This document shows, in pieces, positions 10,132 to 18,941 of a DNA stretch of 64,000 nt; position 1 is the first letter of the stretch; every line of letters begins with the position of its first letter. The stretch is from positions 224,001-288,000 of the forward strand of contig CAVYQE010000011.1 in NCBI GenBank assembly GCA_963770565.1, given 5' to 3'. The notes under the pieces are model-generated. The model saw nothing but the letters and a program-made list of their open reading frames with translations, was not told where the DNA came from and searched no databases. The translations under genes and the position numbers were made by a program. Source of the DNA: an uncultured Actinomycetota bacterium. Lineage in GTDB: Bacteria > Actinomycetota > Actinomycetes > JAFAQI01.

Positions 10132-10530
10132 CAGTAGACGCAATCCCGTAGGCATCGGCCTGACACGAGAACCGAAGAGAACAGCAGCGGTCTGCCGCGT
10201 CAGCACTTCGCGAAGCGCGCTGGACCGGCCTATTCACCGAGCTTGTGTTGCCTTCTTGGGTTGCCTGTTCACCTTCTGGGGTATGCCCAAGGTGTTCACT
10301 GCGGTCGAGGTGTGGCGTTGCTGAGAATCCCGACCGGCGCGTCCGGCTACGCCTGAAGTGAGTTGAGTGGGCGTAGGACCGGTAGTGCTGCCGTCATAGG
10401 GCGGGTTGTCGCCGATGCGTTCACGGGCGCTGGGTCGGCGGCCGGTCAATCGCACAGGTTTCCGCTCTACCGTGCACGGCTCCGGGCACGGGTTCGCAGG
10501 TGATGTCGACGTCGAGCTCAGGAGGTTGCG

Positions 10531-11547
10531 GTGATGAGTCGGCGAGCAGGCGGCATCGCGCTGGCCGCAAGCATGGTGCTGATGATCGCGACCGGTCTCA
10601 CGGTGGTCGCTGGCGGCAACGTACAGGCGGCTAGCAGTCTCGCAATGTGCGGCAACGCTGGGAGCGCACCTGCCCTCAAGCACGTAGTCGTCATGTATCT
10701 GGAGAACGAGAGCTACAGCCAGGTGATCGGCAATCCCGACGCCCCGTACATCAACGGCACATTGACAAATCGGTGCGGGGTGGCGACTCGGGCGTTCGCG
10801 GCGACGCATACCAGCGCGGCGAACTACCTCGCCGCGGCGGCAGGCAACTACCCGGCGAACAGCCCATCTGGTTGCGGTTCAGTTGCGGCCTGCAGTTCCG
10901 CCGCGCCGACGCTGTTCAGACAGATGGCATCGGCCGGGGTCGGCTGGCGGAACTTCGTCGAGGGCGCACCATCCGACTGCGATCAGACTACGGTCAGCGG
11001 AGTGACCAAGATCGGTCATGACCCTGGGCTGTTCTCCACCAACATCGACTGCGCTGACGATGTCGTTCCTGTCGCGTCTTTGACCCAGCCTGACAACAGC
11101 ATGTTCTGGGCCGAACTCGACACCAACTCGCTACGCGGGTTCACCTGGCTATCCCCCGATCAGAATCACATCGGGGAGAACGGCTCGACCGTGAGCGCGC
11201 AGGACACTTTCTTGTCCAAGTTCTTGTCCGACTTCGTGTCCTCGGCGGCGTATCAGTCGGGTTCCACTGCGCTGATCATCACCGAGGACGAAGGCTCCGG
11301 CTCGGACTACAGCGTCGGGGAGAACTGCACCAACCGGACCGCAGACCTGGCCGGCCAGCAGGAAAGCTGTCACGTTCCGCTGTGGGTGGTCTACCCGTAC
11401 AACCCGGGCAGCGACGTCGCCACCTTCCTTGACCCCTACTCCATCACCAAGGGCGTGGAGAACCTGTTCGGTCTGCCCCGTGTCGCGCACGCCGGGGACG
11501 CGGCCACCAACAGCCTGGCCGGACATTTCGGCCTCGCCAGCACGTAA
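10531..11547 (+). CDS. Secreted phosphoesterase-family protein (acid phosphatase/PLC-like)
   Basis: AGGAGG RBS, signal peptide, KHVVV..LEN.SY, APYIN, HTS.ANYLA, LIITEDEG. Confidence 0.82.
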   Translation: MMSRRAGGIALAASMVLMIATGLTVVAGGNVQAASSLAMCGNAGSAPALKHVVVMYLENESYSQVIGNPDAPYINGTLTNRCGVATRAFAATHTSAANYLAAAAGNYPANSPSGCGSVAACSSAAPTLFRQMASAGVGWRNFVEGAPSDCDQTTVSGVTKIGHDPGLFSTNIDCADDVVPVASLTQPDNSMFWAELDTNSLRGFTWLSPDQNHIGENGSTVSAQDTFLSKFLSDFVSSAAYQSGSTALIITEDEGSGSDYSVGENCTNRTADLAGQQESCHVPLWVVYPYNPGSDVATFLDPYSITKGVENLFGLPRVAHAGDAATNSLAGHFGLAST

Positions 11548-11576
11548 GGCGCGAGCGACCGAGGGGTGAAAAGAAC

Positions 11577-11605
11577 AAACCCGCAGGCCGTTGACCTGCG
11601 GGTTT
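11577..11605 (-). terminator. Intrinsic terminator downstream of tRNA-His (possibly bidirectional)
   Basis: aaacccgcagg-N7-cctgcgggttt perfect 11-bp stem followed by gttctttt on the minus strand. Confidence 0.85.
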
Positions 11606-11608
11606 GGA

Positions 11609-11685
11609 TGGGGTGAGTGACGGGACTTGAACCCGCGACACCCGGGACCACAACCCGGTGCTCTACCAGCTGAGCTACACCCACC
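11609..11685 (-). tRNA. tRNA-His(GUG)
   Basis: Cloverleaf: G-1, acceptor GTGGGTG/CACTCAC, anticodon loop TTGTGGT, T-loop TTCAAGT, encoded CCA. Confidence 0.97.
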
Positions 11686-11734
11686 ATGCGGTTCGCCGCG
11701 AGGCTGAGACCGTGGCGAGCAGTCTAGCGGTGCG

Positions 11735-12361
11735 TCAGGCGGGTTTCGCCGGCTCCGACGCTGCTGCCGTCAACTCGGCCGCCACCGCCCGTGAGGCGTC
11801 GGTGTCGGGTCCGGGTGGCGGGACCAGGACGGTCGCGCGGTAGTAGCGCAGCTCGTTGATGCTTTCCAGGATGTCCGCCAAGGCGCGATGGCCGCCGCTC
11901 TTCGACGGGGCGTTGTAGTAGGCCCGCGGGTACCAGCGGCGGGCCAGCTCCTTGATGGTCGAGACGTCGATCATCCGGTAGTGCAGGTGGTCATCGAGGC
12001 GCGGCATGTAGCGGGCCAGGAACGAGCGGTCGGTGGCGATCGTGTTGCCGCACAACGGAGCCTTACGGCGTTCGGGCACGTGCCGCTTGACGTAGTCGAG
12101 CACCTGGTCCTCGGCCTGCTCGAGGGTGGTCGTGGCCCCAGCGATCGCCTCGAGAAGGCTGGACGTGGTGTGCATCTCCCGTACGACGTCATCCATGCCG
12201 GCGAGCTTGGACGGGTCGGTCGCGATGACGATGTCGAGCCCCTCGTCGAGCGGGTTGAGGTCGGCGTCGGTGGCGATGACGGCGATTTCGACCAGGACAT
12301 CGACCGCGGGGTCAAGGCCGGTCATCTCGCAGTCGATCCACACCAGGGCGTCAGTTGGCAC
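11735..12361 (-). CDS. orn: Oligoribonuclease
   Basis: LVWIDCEMTGL, PLCGN.I..DR.FL, HYRMIDVSTIKEL, HRALADI.ESI.EL.YYR. Confidence 0.96.
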   Translation of the reverse strand: MPTDALVWIDCEMTGLDPAVDVLVEIAVIATDADLNPLDEGLDIVIATDPSKLAGMDDVVREMHTTSSLLEAIAGATTTLEQAEDQVLDYVKRHVPERRKAPLCGNTIATDRSFLARYMPRLDDHLHYRMIDVSTIKELARRWYPRAYYNAPSKSGGHRALADILESINELRYYRATVLVPPPGPDTDASRAVAAELTAAASEPAKPA

Positions 12362-12399
12362 CGCGACACTCTCCCACGCCCTAATCTGAATTCGCTGTA

Positions 12400-12472
12400 G
12401 CGCCCGTAGCTCAGGGGATAGAGCAGGTGCCTTCTAAGCACTTGGTCGCAGGTTCGATTCCTGCCGGGCGCA
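12400..12472 (+). tRNA. tRNA-Arg(UCU)
   Basis: GCGCCCG/CGGGCGC acceptor, anticodon loop CTTCTAA, GGTTCGATTCC T-arm; CCA not encoded; TAATCT -10 at 12382-12387. Confidence 0.96.
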
Positions 12473-12536
12473 CTTTTTCCACAGGGTGCCAGGCCCTCGG
12501 CGTCACGCGAAGCGCCGCTCGGCTCCGGCGGCAGCC

Positions 12537-13664
12537 TCAGCAGGTGGTCTTCTTGGTCACCTTCGAGGGCTCGAGGCTATGGAAGCCCGCAAAGGCAGCG
12601 ACGACTTCGCACTTGCCCGGCTTCGGTCGGCTGAACGACGTGGAGTAGTGCCCAGAGCGCGACATCAGCGGGTGCTTGGTGCTGACTGTCCGGTACTTGC
12701 CGTGACTCTTGCGCAGGAGCGCGACCTTCACCGCCACGCCTCCGGCAGCCGGTTTGACGGTGCCGCTCACCGACAGAGTCTTGTGCTTGTGTCCGACGGT
12801 CGCGGTCGTCGTCGTCTTCTCGGACTTCGTGTAGGTGATCGTGAGCCGAGGAGATCCGGTCGTGTCGGCGTGCACCGACTTGGCGGAGGTGCCGGCACCG
12901 AATCCGCTTGAGCCGCCGCCGCCTCCGGCGCCGTTGTCGATTGAGTCGCTGCCGGCGCCGCCACCGCCGCCGTACAGCCCGCCACCACCACCTCCGCCGC
13001 CGTCCCCGAGGGCACTTTCGCCGCCGGCGCCGCCGGTGCCGTGCGTACCGGGATCACCCGCGACGTCGCCCGATCCACCCGCCCCTGCCGCGGATGAGCC
13101 GCCCGCCCGACCACCACCGCAGCCGCTGCACGTGGGCTGGCCGGCCTTGCCGGCGGCGCCGCCGTTCTGAGCGTTGAAACCGCCGCCACCACCGCCGCCG
13201 GCGACCACGACCCGGGTGGATAGCGACCCCGCCGCCGAGCTGGCCCTCGTTCGTACGTCGGTCGCGCCACCGCCACCACCGCCGTTGACGTCCGAGGAGA
13301 TGCCGCCGGCGCCGCCGCCGTTGAACGCGTTGAGAGGTCCGCTCGCACCCGCACCCGGGGTTCCGACGCCGCCGACCTCGATGTAGAGCGTCTCGCCTGC
13401 CGTTACGGCGAGGTCGGCGTCGACTCGAGCGCCGAGGCCGCCGGGTCCGGTCGTCGGCGTGGCAAATGCGGCGCCCCCGGGTGCGCCGATCGCCTCGAGA
13501 TGCAGGCTGCGGACACCGGACGGTACGACGAAGGTCTGCTCCGCGCCTGTGTAGACGTAGACCTTGGTGCTCGCCTGCGCGAGCGGCATCGCGAGCAATC
13601 CGGCGCCGCCGATCGTGACGGCGACAGCTGACAGCCGACCGACGTGAACCCATGGTGATCGCAT
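12537..13664 (-). CDS. Secreted glycine-rich protein (ALK/LTK-like Gly-rich domain) with a basic C-terminal Ig-like domain
   Basis: GAGGAG RBS, signal peptide, YTGAEQTF.VP.GV..L..EA.GA.GG, GE.LYI.VGG.G, GGGGGATDVR, V.AGGGGGGG. Confidence 0.8.
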   Translation of the reverse strand: MRSPWVHVGRLSAVAVTIGGAGLLAMPLAQASTKVYVYTGAEQTFVVPSGVRSLHLEAIGAPGGAAFATPTTGPGGLGARVDADLAVTAGETLYIEVGGVGTPGAGASGPLNAFNGGGAGGISSDVNGGGGGGATDVRTRASSAAGSLSTRVVVAGGGGGGGFNAQNGGAAGKAGQPTCSGCGGGRAGGSSAAGAGGSGDVAGDPGTHGTGGAGGESALGDGGGGGGGGLYGGGGGAGSDSIDNGAGGGGGSSGFGAGTSAKSVHADTTGSPRLTITYTKSEKTTTTATVGHKHKTLSVSGTVKPAAGGVAVKVALLRKSHGKYRTVSTKHPLMSRSGHYSTSFSRPKPGKCEVVAAFAGFHSLEPSKVTKKTTC

Positions 13665-13842
13665 CGAAGCTCCTCAACCCGGACTGTTGCTGCACATCTT
13701 GGCCCCGATTGTCGGTGGAAGTCAGCATCCGGTCGGGCAGAGTTCTCCGTGGCGACTCTGGCGGACACCTGGGGTTGCGACCAGGTTGCGACCGCGGGCC
13801 CAGACGATGCGTAAGTCACGTCCGCCCCGCCCTGGAGGTCCT

Positions 13843-14412
13843 ATGTCGAGCCGTCGGATGACCGCTTCGTCGATCCTGGTCGCATCTGTTGTCGGCCTGA
13901 TCGTGGGGCTTGCTCTGCCCGCAGCCGGCCGGGCCGCGAGCCAGCTGATCAATGGTGCCTCGATCAAGGAGCACTCGATCGCCGGCAACCGGTTGAAGCA
14001 CAACACGATCACCGGGAAGCAGGTCAAGGAGTCCTCGCTCGGCACCGTCCCCAGAGCGCAGACGCTGCCGCCGCTGGTGTGGCACCCGATCAAGCCGATC
14101 AACGGCTGGGCGGACGGTTCGATCGGTACGCCGGCCTACCGCTCACCGGCGTACGCCGTCGACGCCCAAGGGCTCGTGCACTTCAGGGGCACGCTGGACG
14201 GGGGCCTGTCCGGAACGGTTGCCTTCACGCTGCCGAAGGCGGATCTGCCCAAGCCCGGCCTCGTCGTCGACTGCCCGATGATGGCGTCCGGCGGCAAGGC
14301 CGCGATGTTGATGTTCAGGTCCGATGGCGCGGCGCCCGGCCCTGGTGACGCCAGCTCCGGCGATATCAGCGACCTGTCGATCCTCGACGGGGTCACGCTC
14401 GACCCGCGCTGA
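13843..14412 (+). CDS. Secreted hypothetical protein: short IxGxxI/LK repeats and a phage tail/RBP head-like C-terminal domain
   Basis: GGAGG RBS, signal peptide, INGASIKEHSIAGNRLKHNTITGKQVKESSL, W.PI..INGW...Y..D..G.VHFRG...AFTLP. Confidence 0.7.
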   Translation: MSSRRMTASSILVASVVGLIVGLALPAAGRAASQLINGASIKEHSIAGNRLKHNTITGKQVKESSLGTVPRAQTLPPLVWHPIKPINGWADGSIGTPAYRSPAYAVDAQGLVHFRGTLDGGLSGTVAFTLPKADLPKPGLVVDCPMMASGGKAAMLMFRSDGAAPGPGDASSGDISDLSILDGVTLDPR

Positions 14413-14423
14413 GGATCGCGGCC

Positions 14424-15902
14424 CTAGTGCGCGCCGGCCCCGACCAGGCCGGCGGCGCTCTCGGAGGCTTTCGGCTGCTGAGCGGATGCGGTCGGCGTCC
14501 GTCGCCAGAGCATGAGTGCGGTCACGGCTGCGCTTGCCACGAAGAACGCGATGATCAGCTCGATCCCGTGGCGGTACATGGCGATCGGATCGGCCGGGTG
14601 GGTGTTCGAGAGGATCGCGATGAGGCCGGCGACGCCGAGCACGGACCCGATCTGCCGGGCCATGTTGAGGACTCCGCTGCCGGTGCCGAACCAGGCCGGC
14701 GGAACCGCGGACGTGCCCGCTCCGAGCAGGGACGGGATCGTCAGGCCGACGCCCATTCCGCCGATGAGCTGCGCCGGCAGCAGGTGCGTGACATACGCCG
14801 GCTCGGCCTGCACGCCGTGCAGCCAGTACAGCTGAGATCCAGCGTTGACCAGCGCGCCGATGACGGCAACCCGGCCGGCACCGCCGAGCCTCACCGCGAG
14901 TCGCGGCGCGACAATCCGCGCGAACGGCAGCACGCACAGCGGGCCGGGTGCGATCGCAAGGCCGGCGCGGATCGCGGAGTAGTGCCACTCGCCGGTGAGG
15001 AACTCGACCGCGTTGAGCACGAACGCGCCGAAGCCGGCGTAGTAGAGCACCGACGCAGCGAAGGCGCCGCTGAACGATCGCAGTCGCAGCAGCGGGAGCT
15101 CGATGATCGGCGCCGGGTGGGTGGCCGAGTGCCGTACGACGGCGACGAGACCGACAAGCGCGACCACAACCAATGAGTCGACGCGAACCGACAGCCAGCC
15201 CCAGTCAGGCGCTTTCACCAGCGCGAGCGCGAGCAGGCCGACCGCGAGCGCGAGGAGCACGGCACCGATGACGTCGGGTCGCGGATGCGCGTCGGGGTCG
15301 CGACTCTCGGGGATGCTGCGCGGCACGAGTGCGAGGGCCAGCAGTCCGACTGGGACGTTGACCCAGAACACCAAGCGCCAGTTCTCCTGCACCAGCAGGC
15401 CGCCGACGACCGGGCCGAGACCGGCGCCGAGCGCGCCGACCGCCGACCAGGTGCCGATGGCCCGGGCGCGATCGGCGACCGGCACGACGGCGAGCAGCAA
15501 GGACAGCGAGGTCGGGACCATCAGACCGGCCCCGATCGCCTGCACCATCCGCGCCCCGATCAGCGTGATCACCCCGGGCGCGATGCCGCAGAGCGCCGAC
15601 CCGATCGTGAACGCGAGCAGGCCGGCGCTGAAGACGCGCCGGCGGCCGATCCGGTCCGCCCAGCGCCCGGCTGGCACCAGGACCGCCGCAAAGACGATCG
15701 TGTAGCCGTTCAGGACCCACGACAGCGCGCCGAGGCTCGTGCCGCCGTAGTCGTGGCCGATGTAGGGGAACGCGAGGTTGACGATGAACAGGTCGAGGCT
15801 CGACATGAACACGCCCAGCGACAGCACCGCGACGGCGATTGCCGCGGGGGAGAGCCGGCGATGGGAAATGGCGGCGTCGGCGAGGGTCACAGCGGCCTCC
15901 AC
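14424..15902 (-). CDS. MFS efflux transporter, DHA2 (EmrB/QacA) type
   Basis: LDLFIVNLAFP, GRWADRIGRRR, WRLVFWVNVPVG, RQIG.VLG; about 14 TM; GTG at 15902 preferred because the longer ORF start runs through the operator. Confidence 0.9.
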   Translation of the reverse strand: MEAAVTLADAAISHRRLSPAAIAVAVLSLGVFMSSLDLFIVNLAFPYIGHDYGGTSLGALSWVLNGYTIVFAAVLVPAGRWADRIGRRRVFSAGLLAFTIGSALCGIAPGVITLIGARMVQAIGAGLMVPTSLSLLLAVVPVADRARAIGTWSAVGALGAGLGPVVGGLLVQENWRLVFWVNVPVGLLALALVPRSIPESRDPDAHPRPDVIGAVLLALAVGLLALALVKAPDWGWLSVRVDSLVVVALVGLVAVVRHSATHPAPIIELPLLRLRSFSGAFAASVLYYAGFGAFVLNAVEFLTGEWHYSAIRAGLAIAPGPLCVLPFARIVAPRLAVRLGGAGRVAVIGALVNAGSQLYWLHGVQAEPAYVTHLLPAQLIGGMGVGLTIPSLLGAGTSAVPPAWFGTGSGVLNMARQIGSVLGVAGLIAILSNTHPADPIAMYRHGIELIIAFFVASAAVTALMLWRRTPTASAQQPKASESAAGLVGAGAH

Positions 15903-15910
15903 GGCTAGTA

Positions 15911-15960
15911 AGTCCGAAATCCGGACTGACCCTAGCACGAGTTAGTCCGAAAAACCGACT
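15911..15960. promoter_or_regulatory. Twin operators between the divergent MFS and HxlR genes
   Basis: AGTCCG-N5-CGGACT (15911-15927, perfect) and AGTCCG-N5-CCGACT (15944-15960), 33 bp apart. Confidence 0.72.
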
Positions 15961-15980
15961 GACTGCGCTATCCTCGTCGT

Positions 15981-16424
15981 ATGGCCACGACGACGCGCCC
16001 TCCGCGGACCTGTTCGGTCGCCCGCACGCTTGAGGTGGTCGGTGAGAAGTGGGCGCTGCTCGCGATCCGCGAGGTGTTCCTCGGCTCGCGGCGATTCGAG
16101 GAGATGGTGCAGAACACCGGGGCGCCGCGAGACACCCTCGCCGCCCGGCTGCGCACGCTGGTCGCCAACGGCATCCTCGAGCGCCGCCGTTACAGCGAGC
16201 ACCCGCCGCGCGACGAGTACTTCCTGACCACGGCCGGCCGCGACCTCTATCCGGTGATCATCAGTCTCATGCAATGGGGCGACCGGCACCTGCCGCTCGA
16301 CAGCGGCCCGCCGATGGTGCTCGACCACGACTGCGGGCACCGGCTCGACGCGCAGCTCGACTGCGCGCACTGCGGTCAGCGGATCGATCCGCGCCGCGTC
16401 ACCCGCGTCACCGCCGACCGCTGA
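15981..16424 (+). CDS. HxlR-family winged-helix regulator
   Basis: CSVARTLEVVGEKW.LL..RE, Y...PPR.EY.LT.AG.DL, C-terminal H.CG....CAHCG; TATCCT 6 nt upstream (leaderless). Confidence 0.92.
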   Translation: MATTTRPPRTCSVARTLEVVGEKWALLAIREVFLGSRRFEEMVQNTGAPRDTLAARLRTLVANGILERRRYSEHPPRDEYFLTTAGRDLYPVIISLMQWGDRHLPLDSGPPMVLDHDCGHRLDAQLDCAHCGQRIDPRRVTRVTADR

Positions 16425-16562
16425 CCTTGACCGTCGCGGCCGCCGGTACGCCGGGTCGCGTCGTGTTCGGCGTCGGGCGGGAAGATCTGCACTGGCCCGG
16501 TGGCGACCTCCTCGCTATGGTTCGCCGGAAATGATGATGGCCCGGGCGTAGGAGGTCTCGTC

Positions 16563-17360
16563 GTGCCGGTGCTCCTCGACGTCGAACACGTCACGGTGCG
16601 ATTTGGGGGGCTAACCGCACTCGCCGATGTCTCGGCATCGGTCGGGGCGGGTGAGGTTGTCGGCGTCATCGGCCCGAACGGTGCCGGCAAGACCACGCTG
16701 TTCAACGTCATCTGCGGGTTCGTGCGTCCGACCCAGGGCGAGCTGCGCTGGCGCGGCGAACCGCTGCGGCGCCATCGTCCCCATCAGCTGGCCGCGCTCG
16801 GGATCACCCGGACGATCCAGTCGCTCGGCCTGTTCCCGCATCTCACCGTGCTCGACAACGTTCTCGTCGGTGCCGATCGCCACGCGAAGGCGTGGTTCGG
16901 CTCGGGCTTGTTCGGCCTGCCCTACAGCGACAACGACGAGCGGCGGCTGCGCGCGCGTGCACTCGACACGCTTCGCCTGCTCGACATTGAAAGCGCCGCA
17001 CAGCAACTGCCCGGCCAGTTGCCGTACGGCGTACAGAAGCGAGTCGCACTGGCCCGCGCGCTGGTCGCCGAGCCGGCACTGTTGCTGCTCGACGAGCCGG
17101 CGTCGGGCCTGTCGGCGCCGGAGCTCGCCGAGCTGAGCGACCTTGTCCGCAGCCTCAAGGACCAGACCGCGGTGCTGCTGGTCGAGCACCACATGGACCT
17201 CGTGATGGGGGTGTGCGACCGGATCGCCGTGCTCGACTTCGGCCGCTGCATCGCAACCGGCACGCCGGCCGAGGTCCGCGACGACCCGAAGGTGCTCGAG
17301 GCGTACCTCGGCGAGCAGGTCGACGAGTCCACCAAGGAGGTGGGCGATGCTCGAGCTTGA
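16563..17360 (+). CDS. livG: Branched-chain amino acid (LIV-type) ABC ATP-binding protein
   Basis: AGGAGG RBS; FGGL.AL, IGPNGAGKTT, LPYG.QKR, VEHHM, V.EAYLG. Confidence 0.88.
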   Translation: MPVLLDVEHVTVRFGGLTALADVSASVGAGEVVGVIGPNGAGKTTLFNVICGFVRPTQGELRWRGEPLRRHRPHQLAALGITRTIQSLGLFPHLTVLDNVLVGADRHAKAWFGSGLFGLPYSDNDERRLRARALDTLRLLDIESAAQQLPGQLPYGVQKRVALARALVAEPALLLLDEPASGLSAPELAELSDLVRSLKDQTAVLLVEHHMDLVMGVCDRIAVLDFGRCIATGTPAEVRDDPKVLEAYLGEQVDESTKEVGDARA

Positions 17361-18054
17361 CCGGGTGGTGACGACGTACGGCGCGGTCCGCGCGCTCGAC
17401 GAGGTCAGCCTCTCGGTGCCCGACGGTGAGATCACTGCCGTGCTCGGAGCAAACGGCGCGGGCAAGACCACGCTGCTCCGCTCGATCAACTGCCTGGTCC
17501 GCCCGGCTTCCGGTTCGATCACCTACGCCGGCCACGACTTGGTCCGCTCGAAGATCGAGGACGTCGTCACCTACGGCGTCGCGCACGTGCCGGACGGGCG
17601 CGGCGTGATCACCGAGCTGACCGTCGAGGAGAACCTCCGGCTCGGCGCATTGTGGCGGAAGAACCGGGACGAGACCGCGACCAGCCTGGCAACGATGTAC
17701 GCGATGTTCCCGCCGTTGGACGAGCGACGGTCGAAGGTCGCGGACACCTTGTCGGGCGGCGAGCGCCAGATGCTGGCGATCGGACGCGCGCTGATGAGCC
17801 GGCCGACGTTGCTGCTGCTCGACGAACCCTCGCTCGGCCTCGCGCCGCGCATCACCGCGCAGATCATGGCCACGTTGCGGCGACTGCGCGACGAGCAGGG
17901 CCTGACCGTCGTCCTGGTCGAGCAGAACGCGAGGAGCGCACTGTCGGTCGCCGACACCGCGATCGTGCTCAACCTCGGCCGGGTCGTCGTACAGGGCGCG
18001 GCGGCCGAGCTGGCCGGCGACGACAAGCTCCGACACGCCTACCTGGGGTTCTGA
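17347..18054 (+). CDS. livF: LIV-type ABC ATP-binding protein
   Basis: GANGAGKTT, LSGGERQMLAIGRALM, DEPSLGLAP, VEQN, AYLG. Confidence 0.88.
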   Translation: MLELDRVVTTYGAVRALDEVSLSVPDGEITAVLGANGAGKTTLLRSINCLVRPASGSITYAGHDLVRSKIEDVVTYGVAHVPDGRGVITELTVEENLRLGALWRKNRDETATSLATMYAMFPPLDERRSKVADTLSGGERQMLAIGRALMSRPTLLLLDEPSLGLAPRITAQIMATLRRLRDEQGLTVVLVEQNARSALSVADTAIVLNLGRVVVQGAAAELAGDDKLRHAYLGF

Positions 18055-18056
18055 CC

Positions 18057-18941
18057 ATGACACCGGTGAACCTGATCATCTACGGGATGGCGAACGGCAC
18101 CATCTACGGCGCGGTCGCGCTGGCACTGGTGCTGATCTGGCGTTCGACGCGGATCGTGAACTTCGCGCAGGGCGGCATGCTGATGTTCACGACCTTCATC
18201 GCGTGGGAACTGGTGGAGCGGCATCACCAGAGCTACTGGCTCGGGCTAGTGGTTGCGATCGTGGCCGGACTGGTGCTCGGCGCCGTGGTCGAGCGGTTGC
18301 TCGTGCGGCCGGTCGAGAACGGCCCGCCGCTCAACGCGGTCATCGTCACGCTCGGGCTGTTGCTGGCGCTCGAGGCGGTCGCCGGAATGATCTGGGGCAA
18401 CGGCCTCAGCTCGTACCCGCCCGAGTTCTCGCTGAACTTCTACCACGTCGGCCATCAGGTGATCTACCTGTCGCCGAACTTCTTGTTCATCGTCATCGCG
18501 GCCCTCGGCGTGATGGTCGCGTTGTACCTGCTCTTCCAGCGAACCTCGCTCGGGCTGCGGATGCGGTCGTCGGCCTTCAACCCGGAGGTGGCCCGGCTGC
18601 TCGGCGTGCGGGTCGGCCGGATGCTGACCCTCGGGTGGGCGCTGGCGGCTGGAGTCGGCGCGCTTGCCGGTGTGCTGATCGCCGGCACCGAGCCCAACTA
18701 CATGAACCCGAACGGTTTCGACGGCCTGCTGATCCTCGGCTTCACCGCCGCCGTGATCGGCGGGCTCGACTCGCCGGTGGGCGCGGTCGTCGGCGGTCTC
18801 GTCGTCGGTGTCGCGTTGCAGCTGCTCGACAACTACGTCAGCGGCGACATCGACTTCTTCTTCGTCTTCGCGCTGCTTGTCGTCGTACTGATGGTGCGGC
18901 CGAACGGGTTGTTCTCACGGCGGTCGGTGAGACGGGTATGA
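18057..18941 (+). CDS. livH: LIV-type ABC permease
   Basis: G...G.IY..VAL.LVLI.....VNFAQG, GL.MR....N...A.L.G, AAVIGGL.S..GA. Confidence 0.88.
   Translation: MTPVNLIIYGMANGTIYGAVALALVLIWRSTRIVNFAQGGMLMFTTFIAWELVERHHQSYWLGLVVAIVAGLVLGAVVERLLVRPVENGPPLNAVIVTLGLLLALEAVAGMIWGNGLSSYPPEFSLNFYHVGHQVIYLSPNFLFIVIAALGVMVALYLLFQRTSLGLRMRSSAFNPEVARLLGVRVGRMLTLGWALAAGVGALAGVLIAGTEPNYMNPNGFDGLLILGFTAAVIGGLDSPVGAVVGGLVVGVALQLLDNYVSGDIDFFFVFALLVVVLMVRPNGLFSRRSVRRV

Noticed and set aside
10300-10530. c-di-AMP (ydaO) or other known riboswitch upstream of the phosphoesterase
   Set aside because: Conserved riboswitch motifs were not found; kept only as an unexplained structured gap
12400-12472. bldA-like regulation by the rare tRNA-Arg(UCU), given early AGA codons in the ctaJ-like and second EEP genes
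   Set aside because: Too few cases, and 5' codons are generally AT-enriched; genome-wide codon statistics would be needed
11609-14412. Prophage or integrative element at the tRNA-His or tRNA-Arg 3' ends
   Set aside because: No integrase or transposase, and I saw no duplicated tRNA 3' end (att) in the window
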